Positions 17,706 to 26,514 of a stretch of DNA of 45,916 nucleotides are shown piece after piece. This stretch comes from Pseudomonadota bacterium (GTDB lineage: Bacteria > Desulfobacterota > QYQD01), in the NCBI GenBank assembly GCA_011046395.1, contig DSAQ01000053.1, positions 1 to 45,916 on the forward strand. Direction: 5' to 3'. The notes under the pieces were generated by a model that saw nothing but the letters and a program-made list of their open reading frames with translations, was not told the DNA's origin and did not search any database. Positions within the stretch are counted from its first letter, which is position 1. Each line of letters begins with the position of its first letter. Made by a program: the position numbers and the translations under genes.

Positions 17706-19496
17706 ATGCAAGACACAATTAACCATTTACTTGAGCAGGCCATATCCAAATTCCCGGAAAGTGTTGCGCTGCAGGAAAGGCATCATACCGGGTGGACAAC
17801 CCTGTCCTACAGCGCACTGGGAAAAACTATTGCCGAGTTAGGAACTGGCCTTATCTCCCTGGGTGTAAGACCGGGGGAAAACATAGGCCTTTTCATAAAT
17901 AAAGGCTGCAACTGGCTCATCAGCGACTTTGCTATCCTGGGCAGCGGCGGGGTAGATGTCCCGCGCGGTAATGACCTGGCCCTGGACGAGCTCACCTATA
18001 TAGCCAACCACGCAGAGGTCAAGATCGCTATCACGGATATGTCCCCGGACACAATCCCAATCCTGAAAAAGGAAGCCCCAACCATTGGATACATCATCTA
18101 CTCAGGAGATAAAACGCCCCCCGAAGTAAAAGGTCTCATCACCTGGGAAGAGGTAAGGCTTAAGGGAAAAGAACTGTTATCCAACGGCGATAAGACATTT
18201 TTTGAGCGGGCTAACACGGCCAGAGAAAACGATCTGGCCACTATTGTCTATACCTCAGGCACGACCGGGCGGCCTAAAGGGGTTATGCTCACACATGGGA
18301 ACATAGCTAAAAACGTTGGTTCCGTCCTCAAGTGCATACCGGTATATCCAGGCGAGCGCTTTTTGTCCCTCCTCCCGCCTTACCACATGTTTGAAAGGAT
18401 AATCGAATATGTCGCCCTTTCAAACGGGGCCACGCTTATTTTCAGTGACCCCCACCACTTTCGTAAGGATCTGTCTGCGCAACAGCCAAATTTCATAGCC
18501 GGTGTGCCCAGGCTGTGGGAGATATTTTATCAGGGGGTAATGGACAGATTAAAAAAGGAAAAATATTATAAGCTGATCAGCTTATTACTTACGGCCAGCA
18601 AAAACTTCATAAAATCCAGGCGGTTCATGTACCTTCCACTCCACCTTCTGGCTGACCGGCTGATATATAAAACCGTGCGAAACAACCTGGGCGGCGAGTT
18701 AAGGATAGCGGTGAGCGGAGGAGGAAGCCTGCCGATCCATCTCGATGATTTTTTCGAAATGATAGGAGTAACCCTTCTCAATGGCTACGGGCTGACGGAA
18801 ACCTCACCAGTCCTCACCATAAGACGGCCGGAAGCCAACATTAAGGGCAGCGCGGGAAGACCGATACCCGAAACAGAGATAAAAATACTGACCGAAACTG
18901 AGGAACCCGTCCCGCCCGGCAAGGCCGGGATTATCTGGGTAAAGGGGCCTCAGGTTATGCAGGGATACTTTAAGGACAAGGAGGCCACGGATAAGGTACT
19001 CAAAAATGGCTGGCTGAACACCGGCGATCTCGGCATGCTAACCCCGCAAGGGGATCTCATCATCACCGGCCGGGCCAAGGATACTATCGTCCTTTTGAGC
19101 GGTGAAAACGTGGAACCGGAACCCATAGAAACAAGCCTGGCCTTAAGCCCGTTCATATCCCAGGCCATGCTCGTCGGACAGGACCGAAAATACCCTGGAG
19201 CACTTATAGTGCCACATATACAAGTTATCAAGGATTATGCCCATGAACATAATATACCCTATAGTGATTCTAACCAATTGGTCCAGCATCCTGAAATTAT
19301 CCAGCTTATCAAAAATGAGATGGATCGACTCCACAATAAAAAAGAAAGCGCCAAGCCATGGGCAAAGATTATCAGGTTTAGGCTAATCCCTGAAGAATGG
19401 ACTACACAAAGCGGCCTTTTGACCTTTACCTTAAAAAAGAAAAGGACGGCCATCGCCGCAAATTTTCAAGAAGAGATAGAAGACCTCTACCGGTAA
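17706..19496 (+). CDS. Long-chain fatty acid--CoA (or ACP) ligase, AMP-binding family
   Basis: YTSGTTGRPKG, GYGLTETS, WLNTGDLG, GRAKDTIVL.SGENVEP and C-terminal TLKKKR. Confidence 0.92.
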   Translation: MQDTINHLLEQAISKFPESVALQERHHTGWTTLSYSALGKTIAELGTGLISLGVRPGENIGLFINKGCNWLISDFAILGSGGVDVPRGNDLALDELTYIANHAEVKIAITDMSPDTIPILKKEAPTIGYIIYSGDKTPPEVKGLITWEEVRLKGKELLSNGDKTFFERANTARENDLATIVYTSGTTGRPKGVMLTHGNIAKNVGSVLKCIPVYPGERFLSLLPPYHMFERIIEYVALSNGATLIFSDPHHFRKDLSAQQPNFIAGVPRLWEIFYQGVMDRLKKEKYYKLISLLLTASKNFIKSRRFMYLPLHLLADRLIYKTVRNNLGGELRIAVSGGGSLPIHLDDFFEMIGVTLLNGYGLTETSPVLTIRRPEANIKGSAGRPIPETEIKILTETEEPVPPGKAGIIWVKGPQVMQGYFKDKEATDKVLKNGWLNTGDLGMLTPQGDLIITGRAKDTIVLLSGENVEPEPIETSLALSPFISQAMLVGQDRKYPGALIVPHIQVIKDYAHEHNIPYSDSNQLVQHPEIIQLIKNEMDRLHNKKESAKPWAKIIRFRLIPEEWTTQSGLLTFTLKKKRTAIAANFQEEIEDLYR

Positions 19497-19533
19497 GGTA
19501 GCAAAATCACGACAGCGGAGGCTTTTTACTTAC

Positions 19534-19794
19534 ATGGGCAGACACAGACATGAATTTGTGAATACATTTGATGAAGGCCAGATAGCCTTTGGCTTAAGTC
19601 GGGAACTGGATGAAAAGTCCCTCATTGCGTACCTGCAAAAATTTACGGATGACGAGCTTATGCATCTTCTGGTGAAACGACTAACTGACGCAGAGATCGA
19701 GGATATAGTAAATTTTGTCACCAAAATACTCAGAAAGCACCTCGCTGAAGAAGAATATCATAAATATTTTCTGAAAGACGAAAGACATCACTAA
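19534..19794 (+). CDS. Small conserved hypothetical cytoplasmic protein
   Basis: 86 aa with GGAGG SD; amphipathic helical pattern (YLQKFTDD...HLAEEEYHKYFLKD). Confidence 0.7.
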   Translation: MGRHRHEFVNTFDEGQIAFGLSRELDEKSLIAYLQKFTDDELMHLLVKRLTDAEIEDIVNFVTKILRKHLAEEEYHKYFLKDERHH

Positions 19795-20059
19795 AAAGGA
19801 TTCGCGCCGGCTTGCACAATTTGCCGAACCAGACTTGGCCTCCTACCAATAAAGATGCCAATCCCGATGTTTTCTTCGGCCAAACCGTCTCAAAATTCTC
19901 CCTACCCATACCATTTCATCTTGCAATCGTACCCATTCCTGATATAGCATTGAATAATACATTTATACTGATACTGGGCCGATAAATTTCCAAATAACAG
20001 CTCAGCTTGCGCGGTTCAGTTCAATTGAATTTGAGGGGGCGGGAAAGGGAGGAAATAGA

Positions 20060-20563
20060 ATGGAAGAGAAAAAAAGGAACTATTATCTGTATGCGATAGG
20101 GATTCTCATTTTACTGCTTGTCGCAGTGTATATATGGAAAACCGCCGCTGTCAGAAATACAGAAAAGAGGTTGACGGAACATTATCAAAAGGTCATCACG
20201 AGCAGGACAGAGGGGCTTCTCCGCATGACGGCTATTCCCTTTAGCTGGGCCGTCAGGAAAGAGATGATCAGGGAAAATTATGATCAGATAAACGAGTATC
20301 TGATTCGGTTTGTTAAAGAGCCGATGGTCAAACAGATACTCGTTGTAAAGTCTGACGGCATCGTTGCGGTCTCGACCGACAAGAAGCTGGAGGGGATGTC
20401 CTTTTCGTCCCTTTATCCAACTCAGACCCTAAACCAAGATGAGATTTCGGCAACTTTCGCAGAAGACGGCAATATAGTTGTGGTTGCCCCGATCATGGGG
20501 CTTAACGCAAGTCTCGGGTTTATCTATATGATTTATATGCCAAAAAAAATCTCCAGGGAGTAG
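20060..20563 (+). CDS. Membrane-anchored hypothetical protein with possible PAS/Cache-like periplasmic fold
   Basis: GGGAGG SD; single N-terminal TM; ILVVKSDGIVAVSTD...VVVAPI...LGFI pattern. Confidence 0.7.
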   Translation: MEEKKRNYYLYAIGILILLLVAVYIWKTAAVRNTEKRLTEHYQKVITSRTEGLLRMTAIPFSWAVRKEMIRENYDQINEYLIRFVKEPMVKQILVVKSDGIVAVSTDKKLEGMSFSSLYPTQTLNQDEISATFAEDGNIVVVAPIMGLNASLGFIYMIYMPKKISRE

Positions 20564-20652
20564 ATATTGCCGCAAAAAGGAGGGAGGTGGATGGGGGAGG
20601 ATTTTCAGAGCAGATAAAATGTCATATAATATATAATTTTTAGGAGGATACG

Positions 20653-21243
20653 ATGTTAAAAAGAAAGGATATCAACAGGATTTTGGTATTAATGGTAGTT
20701 TTATCCTTTGCACTTCTCAGTGGATGTGCAAAGCCACCGACGGAAGAGATTACGAAGGCTGAAACGGCTGTAGCAGAGGCTAAGCAGAAAGAAGCAGACC
20801 TTTATGTGCAGGATGTTTTTGCAAAAGCAGAAGAGTCTCTGAAAAAGGCCAAAGATCTTGTTACTGCAAAGAAGTATAAAGAGGCAAAAGAAATTGCCGA
20901 AGAGACAGCCAGGATTGCCCAGCAGTCCGTTTCAATGGTTGAAGCCAATAAAGCCAAGATGAAGGAAGAGGCGGAACAGATGGTTAAAGATATTCAGGGA
21001 GCGATAGCTGAATTAAAAACCTCCGTTGCAATGGCTATCAAGAAAAAGGCTCAGATCAATCGGGAAGAGATACAGGGCATGATAGGCAAGTGGGAGATAG
21101 ATATGGTGAATATAAAAGACCAGATACAGACCGGCAAGATACGTCAGGCATATGACCCGTTATCATCAATAAAGGAACAGGTAAAATCGCAAGCAGAAGG
21201 CATTGCCGCTGCATTAGAACCAGAAACAGCAGACAAAAAATAA
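20653..21243 (+). CDS. Helical lipoprotein, DUF4398-like
   Basis: AGGAGG SD, lipobox LSGC, AKPPTEE..AE.AV..A...EA..Y pattern, coiled coil. Confidence 0.75.
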   Translation: MLKRKDINRILVLMVVLSFALLSGCAKPPTEEITKAETAVAEAKQKEADLYVQDVFAKAEESLKKAKDLVTAKKYKEAKEIAEETARIAQQSVSMVEANKAKMKEEAEQMVKDIQGAIAELKTSVAMAIKKKAQINREEIQGMIGKWEIDMVNIKDQIQTGKIRQAYDPLSSIKEQVKSQAEGIAAALEPETADKK

Positions 21244-21256
21244 CAGGCAGGAGGGG

Positions 21257-21420
21257 GGGATTAAAGAGGGCGCCTCAATGGTTGAGGAAGGGCTACTGTT
21301 GTAAAAGAGAAGGCAGAGGAACTTACTGAAGAAGGTTCATGAGCGGGTAGCAGAACTCGGTGGCCGGGTGTATGATTTGAGTTCGAAAGTCATAAATACT
21401 ATGGATGACACATCCGACAC
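21257..21420 (+). pseudogene. Possible frameshifted remnant of a small coiled-coil protein gene
   Basis: Protein-like segments in shifting frames (GIKEGASMVEEG / ATVVKEKAEELTEEG / KKVHERVAELGGRVYDLSSK). No family name can be given. Confidence 0.3.
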
Positions 21421-21434
21421 CCGGCTTCGACAAT

Positions 21435-21554
21435 GAAGCTCAAGCATTGTGGGATGATCCTGATTTAATTGAGATTCCTGTAAAAACCAGTGATGAACCA
21501 AGATTTTTGATAATCGGAAAGATTGCAGGAAAGCACTGGTCAGGAGTTACTTAA
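21435..21554 (+). pseudogene. BrnT-family toxin fragment
   Basis: EAQALWDDPDLIEIPVKTSDEPRFLIIGKIAGKHWSGVT* resembles the central part of BrnT; N- and C-termini are missing. Confidence 0.65.
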
Positions 21555-21718
21555 GAAATCGTAGTCAATCCCATTGAATTAAAGTCTCTATCAAAAGAGA
21601 GGGCCGGCAGGTTCTTTAGTTCGCCTGAAATGAGAATATATGAAAGGGCATCCACATACGAAATTTTCCTATCTTTTCCCAAAAGATTGAACAAGGCGAT
21701 GGCCTGATGGCAATGGTT
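21551..21718 (-). pseudogene. PIN-domain (VapC-like) toxin C-terminal fragment
   Basis: KISYVDALS...ALSFDRDF..MG carries the last two acidic PIN motifs; the N-terminal half is replaced by yajD sequence. Confidence 0.65.
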
Positions 21719-21731
21719 GGAGAGTGTGCAT

Positions 21732-22130
21732 ATGTCACCGAAGAAGACACAAACAGAGGGCGACAAGCAGGACCAGATCATTGCTGAAGCGCGCCGCGAC
21801 CGAGAGCGTCGGCAGAAGACCTATCGGGAGCGAGCCCTCAAGATTTTCCCGTGGATTTGCGCGCGGTGCGGGCGTGAATTCATGGGCAAGAGACTTCGTG
21901 AGCTGACGGTCCATCATAAGGACCACAACCACGATAACAATCCGCCTGATGGCAGCAACTGGGAGCTACTGTGTCTCTATTGTCATGACAATGAGCACTC
22001 ACGCTATTTGGATGCAGAATGGTATGACGGTCCAACGCCGGGAGGCGAGCCGGAACCACCTTCGACTTACAGGTCGTTCGCTAATCTCGCTGCCTTGCTG
22101 AAGGACAAGAACCTGAAGGACAAAAAGTAA
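21732..22130 (+). CDS. yajD: YajD-family HNH nuclease
   Basis: YRERALKIFPWICARCGREF...LTVHHKDHNHDNNPPDGSNWELLCLYCHDNEH. Start moved to ATG 21732 with GGAG upstream. Confidence 0.88.
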   Translation: MSPKKTQTEGDKQDQIIAEARRDRERRQKTYRERALKIFPWICARCGREFMGKRLRELTVHHKDHNHDNNPPDGSNWELLCLYCHDNEHSRYLDAEWYDGPTPGGEPEPPSTYRSFANLAALLKDKNLKDKK

Positions 22131-22139
22131 AGGAGCACC

Positions 22140-22748
22140 GTGCATACAGCAGCTGAAAGATACAGACTTGGATTTAGTTGGTTAATTGGATTAATTTTCA
22201 TCTCAATAATTCTATTTTCAAAATCAGGTCACGAAGGGTCACTTTCATATGAAATTCTAGAATTATCCGGATGTGCATTGATAGTTATTGCAACCCTTGG
22301 ACGAATCTGGGCTACCGTTTACATCGGAGGAAGAAAAGATGAAGAATTATGCCAGGATGGGCCATATTCTATATGGCGAAATCCTCTGTATGTGTTCTCT
22401 TTTCTCGGTGCAGTTGGGATCATTCTTAGCTCGGGGAAATTAATACTTCTTTTTATAATCATGCCTTTTTTTATTTATAACTACTACTTTGTTATCAAAG
22501 GAGAAGAAGCAAGACTCTTTGAATTATTTGGGAATGAATACGCTGAATACTGCAAAAAAGTTAAACGAATTATCCCAAACTTCAATAACTATTGGTCAAA
22601 AAACAGTTTCGAAGTTTACCCGAAGGTTTTTTTCCGCTCAATGGTCCATGCCAGTCTTTTTATGTGGTTATTCATTTTATTAGAATTTCTTGAATATTTT
22701 AAAGAAAATACAAAATTGATACCGACCTTATTTTATTTACCATTTTAG
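22140..22748 (+). CDS. Isoprenylcysteine carboxylmethyltransferase (ICMT/PEMT) family membrane protein
   Basis: GRIWA..YIGGRK...L.QDGPYS..RNPLY, EE.RL..LFG.EY..YC..V.R..P; AAGGAG SD before a GTG start; markedly AT-rich. Confidence 0.85.
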   Translation: MHTAAERYRLGFSWLIGLIFISIILFSKSGHEGSLSYEILELSGCALIVIATLGRIWATVYIGGRKDEELCQDGPYSIWRNPLYVFSFLGAVGIILSSGKLILLFIIMPFFIYNYYFVIKGEEARLFELFGNEYAEYCKKVKRIIPNFNNYWSKNSFEVYPKVFFRSMVHASLFMWLFILLEFLEYFKENTKLIPTLFYLPF

Positions 22749-22761
22749 AGAATAAAATCTA

Positions 22762-22952
22762 ATCGGGTAACCGGGGGCTTTTCCCCTCCCAGTCCCCATA
22801 CCACCCAGCATCCGCCTGCGGCGGGCGGCTCACAGGGCCTACCAGGTTCGCCCCAGGCGAAATCATGAACGTTCACCCACAGCTCTTTAAGTGAAACAAC
22901 CCCCCTGATTTTTCAGTCATTGGTTGGTCATGCCGGTCTGGATGGCCAGAGT
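22762..22952 (-). mobile_element. Group IIC(-attC) intron 3' remnant: degraded maturase C-terminus plus domains V and VI
   Basis: Minus strand encodes TLAIQTGMTNQ*LKNQG/VVSLKELWVNVH, then D5-like GAGCCGCCCG..ATGCTGGGTGGT, D6-like stem and terminal ACCCGAT joined to TAGAT. Confidence 0.75.
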
Positions 22953-23005
22953 ACAAACCTGACCGGCCTCCCTGCCAGCCATTTATGAAGCTTTTAAGCT
23001 ATATT

Positions 23006-23317
23006 TCAGAGTACCTTCCGCCCGCTATTCAGGGCCTCCTCTTCCACAAACCTATCCATAACATAGAGCCTGATCTTATGACTCCTGGGAAACTCCTTCT
23101 TTAAGAGGGGCTTCAATATCTTCTCCAGCTTTTCCGGCTTCAGGCGAAATTTTTCCTGGAAATAGCCGTTCTCAATGACTAACAGGTCCTCTTCGCCCGT
23201 CTTGACAATAATGACCGATCGGTTGCGCTTATAGGTCCGGAGGTCCAGATAATGGCCTACCGGAAGCTTTTCCAGCCTTTCGCGGACGGTTTCAATTATC
23301 TTGGTCTTATCAATCAT
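23006..23317 (-). CDS. Conserved hypothetical protein
   Basis: 103 aa from ATG 23317 (MIDKTK); LDLRTYKRNRSV...IENGY...KEFPRSHKIR looks like a real globular protein. Confidence 0.65.
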   Translation of the reverse strand: MIDKTKIIETVRERLEKLPVGHYLDLRTYKRNRSVIIVKTGEEDLLVIENGYFQEKFRLKPEKLEKILKPLLKKEFPRSHKIRLYVMDRFVEEEALNSGRKVL

Positions 23318-23473
23318 TGGAAACGGTTGGGTTAACGGGCTGGAAGTCTTTGCGGATATCCCCAATAAAGCGGTCAGCGTTCAGCTTAATGTTTTGTTTA
23401 TGCTAGGTTTTTTTCGCCTCGGCGAATCTGCCTGTGGCACGACCGGAAACGGTAGTTTCCGGATGAGCACTAA

Positions 23474-24955
23474 CTACTCGAAAAACTCCACGGCCTTCCG
23501 CAGGCGATCTACTACCCGCTTTTGTCCTACAGCAATCAGGACATCGAATATACCGGGACCGACTGACTGGCCGGTGACCACAGTCCGGGTACTGTTTATC
23601 AAGACCCCGGGCTTAATCTCCAGTTCTTCAACCATCCCGTGAAGCACCTTTTCAATCTCTTCAGCCGTAAATGACTCGATCGCCTCCAAGCGTTCCGCCA
23701 GGACGGGAAGCCATTTTTTGAGCGCCTCGTGCTTACGAACGTTTTTTTCGAGGGCCTTGGGATCGATTGGATACTCATCAGAAAAATAGGCACGGCCAAG
23801 GGTTGCAAAATCCGTGAGCAGATGATACCGGCTTCGAATCAGGTCGATGGTCTGAAGGAACCAGGTCCGTTTCTCGTCCTCAAAGGCTGAATCCCACATC
23901 CCTGCCTTTTTCAACTCCTCCCTTACGTAAGGCTCGATCTCTTCCACCGGAAGGGTCCTTACGTAATGGACGTTGATATTGATCGCCTTGGGATCGGTGA
24001 AAAATCTCGGATCATTCGGCAGGAGATTTAATATGGCGTTATGACGGCTGATCCCTTCCAATGAAAAGGCCTCGATCAATTCTTCCTTTGAGAAGATCTC
24101 TCTTGAGTCAGGCGTTGCCCAGCCAAGAAGCACCAGGAAATTTACCAGCGCCCAGGGAAGAAAACCGTGTTCCCGGTAAAAATGAACGGCAACCATCTCA
24201 CCATGTTTCCGCTTGGAGATCTTGGCCTTCTGCGGATCGAGCGTAAGGGACATATGGGCAAACTTGGGGACCGGCACGCCGAGCGCATTGTACAGGAGGA
24301 TCTGCTTGGGAGTGTTGGCCAGGCCGTCCTGACCGCGAATGATGTGCGTAATACGGTCACGGATGTCGTCTACGGCGTTCGAAAGGATATACAGGGGCTG
24401 GCCATTGGATCGCACAATGACAAAGTCCTCTATGTCTTCATACTTCTTTTCAATAATCCCGTAGACCATGTCCTGAAAAAAAACAGACCCCTCTCCACGC
24501 GGCACCTTGAAACGGATAACGTATGGGATACCGGCTCTTTCCTTTTCCTGGACCTCTTGTTGCGTCAAACCGAGGCAGACATCCCGCTCCTTCGAGGCAG
24601 TTTTACCTTTTTTCTCTTCTTCCCGTCTGCGCTCGAGTTCCTCTTTGGTACAGAAGCACTTATAGGCATGACCGGAATTAAGGAGCTTTTGCGCTGCGGC
24701 CAGGTGTTCCTTGATAAAGTGGGACTGGAAATAGGGCCCTTCATCCCAGTCAATCCCTAACCATTTTAAGCTCTCGATGATCCCCTGGAGCGATTCTTCT
24801 GTCGACCGTTCAACGTCGGTGTCCTCGATCCTCAGGATAAACTTTCCGCCCGTCTTTTTGGCAAAGAGCCAGTTAAATATGGCCGTCCGTGCCCCTCCGA
24901 TATGGAGATAACCCGTCGGGCTGGGAGGAAAACGAACCCGTACCTCTTCACTCAT
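23474..24955 (-). CDS. gltX: Glutamate--tRNA ligase
   Basis: RFPPSPTGYLHIGG (HIGH), LRIEDTD, ITHIIRG, KISKR (KMSKS), anticodon-binding domain. Confidence 0.95.
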   Translation of the reverse strand: MSEEVRVRFPPSPTGYLHIGGARTAIFNWLFAKKTGGKFILRIEDTDVERSTEESLQGIIESLKWLGIDWDEGPYFQSHFIKEHLAAAQKLLNSGHAYKCFCTKEELERRREEEKKGKTASKERDVCLGLTQQEVQEKERAGIPYVIRFKVPRGEGSVFFQDMVYGIIEKKYEDIEDFVIVRSNGQPLYILSNAVDDIRDRITHIIRGQDGLANTPKQILLYNALGVPVPKFAHMSLTLDPQKAKISKRKHGEMVAVHFYREHGFLPWALVNFLVLLGWATPDSREIFSKEELIEAFSLEGISRHNAILNLLPNDPRFFTDPKAININVHYVRTLPVEEIEPYVREELKKAGMWDSAFEDEKRTWFLQTIDLIRSRYHLLTDFATLGRAYFSDEYPIDPKALEKNVRKHEALKKWLPVLAERLEAIESFTAEEIEKVLHGMVEELEIKPGVLINSTRTVVTGQSVGPGIFDVLIAVGQKRVVDRLRKAVEFFE

Positions 24956-25014
24956 ATATGCTCACCTTTCTCATTCATCCACAAATGGTTTATTTTGTGC
25001 TGATACTGGGACAT

Positions 25015-26514
25015 TTATCCCCGGCCATAGATGTAAGTAAGCTCTGAAAGGCTGGCTATCAAAGAAGGCGTTAATTGTTCCGGCAAAAGCCGCCAGCCCC
25101 AATTGCCGTCGGCCGTGGCCGGGACGTTCATCCGGGCCTCTTCCCCCAGGCCAAGGATGTCCTGCATGGGGATGATAACCAGATCGGCCACGGACATCAT
25201 GGCCATCCTTATGAGTTCCTGGTGAACCGTCTCCTCTGAGACCTCCCGCCCCAGGTATTGAAAAAGCCTCTGCTTATCTTCAGGTCTGGCCTCTTTCCTG
25301 AACCATCCCTTAGCCGTGTTATTGTCATGCGTTCCTGTATATACCACAGAGTTTTTTACGTGATTGTGCGGCACGTAGGGATTGGCTGCCAGGTCGTCAC
25401 CAAAGGCAAAAAGGAGCACCTTCATCCCTGGGAATCCGTACAGGTCAAGGAGTTCCCGTACATCCGGGGTTATAATCCCCAGGTCTTCGGCAATAATGGG
25501 AAGGGAGGGAAAACGCTTTAAAAGCTTGTCGAAAAAGTCCCGGGCCGGGACCTCTACCCATCTTCCATTTATAGCCGTCTCTTCACCTGCCGGGACCTCC
25601 CAATAGGCCACAAGCCCCCTGAAATGGTCGAGCCTGATTATATCAAAGAGTTTCAGATTGCGTTCTATAAGCCTCATCCACCATGCGTAGCCGGTTTTCT
25701 TAAGGGCTTCCCAGTTATAAACCGGATTACCCCACAACTGGCCTGTACTACTGAAATAATCCGGCGGAACTCCGGCCACAAACACAGGCTTTTTGTTTTC
25801 GTCCAGTTTAAATATCTCGGGATTGGCCCATACGTCTGCACAGTCGTAATTCACATAGATAGGCATATCACCTATTATCTGGATGTCTTTGCTATTACAG
25901 TAAGCCCTTAACGAATGCCTTTGTTTGTAAAATACATACTGAAGAAACTTTTCCATCTCGATTTTGTCTTTAAGCTTGCCTTTTAACTTTTTACTTACCT
26001 CCCCTTTTCTATCTCTTATATCCTCCGGCCATTCACTCCAGACGGCCCCGCTAAAATTTTCCTTTAGAGTCACAAACAAGACATAATCATCAAGCCAGTG
26101 CTGATTCTCTTTACAGAACTTTTCAAAGCCGCTGTCTTTCTGCTTTCTGTTTTTAAAATTATCATGAGCAAGGCGAAAAAGTCCTGTCTTATACTCGGTC
26201 ACAGCCTTATAGACAACCTTCTCGCGCGGAAAGGAAGGGGGGCATTCAATATCCGATGGAGAGAGCAAACCGTCTTCCACCAGAAGCTGTGGACTGATGA
26301 GGAGTGTATTTCCGGCAAAAGCAGAGACGCTGCTATAGGGAGAATTACCATGTGCCTCATTTATTGGCGTTAAGGGGAGGATTTGCCAGAAGCTCTGTTT
26401 GGTTTCAGAAAGAAAATCTACAAACTGGTACGCCGATGGGCCTAAATCTCCTATACCGTAAAATGAAGGCAGGGATGTGATGTGCAGTAATATTCCACTT
26501 CCTCTTCTCTTCAT
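25015..26514 (-). CDS. malQ: 4-alpha-glucanotransferase (amylomaltase, GH77)
   Basis: GILLHITSLP, WQILPL, AGVPPDYFS.TGQLWGNP, RLDHFRG, IAEDLG, YTGTHDN. Confidence 0.95.
   Translation of the reverse strand: MKRRGSGILLHITSLPSFYGIGDLGPSAYQFVDFLSETKQSFWQILPLTPINEAHGNSPYSSVSAFAGNTLLISPQLLVEDGLLSPSDIECPPSFPREKVVYKAVTEYKTGLFRLAHDNFKNRKQKDSGFEKFCKENQHWLDDYVLFVTLKENFSGAVWSEWPEDIRDRKGEVSKKLKGKLKDKIEMEKFLQYVFYKQRHSLRAYCNSKDIQIIGDMPIYVNYDCADVWANPEIFKLDENKKPVFVAGVPPDYFSSTGQLWGNPVYNWEALKKTGYAWWMRLIERNLKLFDIIRLDHFRGLVAYWEVPAGEETAINGRWVEVPARDFFDKLLKRFPSLPIIAEDLGIITPDVRELLDLYGFPGMKVLLFAFGDDLAANPYVPHNHVKNSVVYTGTHDNNTAKGWFRKEARPEDKQRLFQYLGREVSEETVHQELIRMAMMSVADLVIIPMQDILGLGEEARMNVPATADGNWGWRLLPEQLTPSLIASLSELTYIYGRG

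Noticed and set aside
19995-20030. tRNA-like words (AGCTCAG...GTTCAA)
   Set aside because: Too short; no cloverleaf, anticodon arm or acceptor stem.
21551-21781. Intact 76-aa VapC gene
   Set aside because: The N-terminal part is antisense yajD sequence and the first PIN acidic motif is missing; treated as a fragment.
21717-23000. Functional integron or active group II intron
   Set aside because: No intI, no complete attC, no RT domains; the maturase tail has a stop and a probable frameshift. The GTTGGAG before yajD does not fit GTTRRRY.
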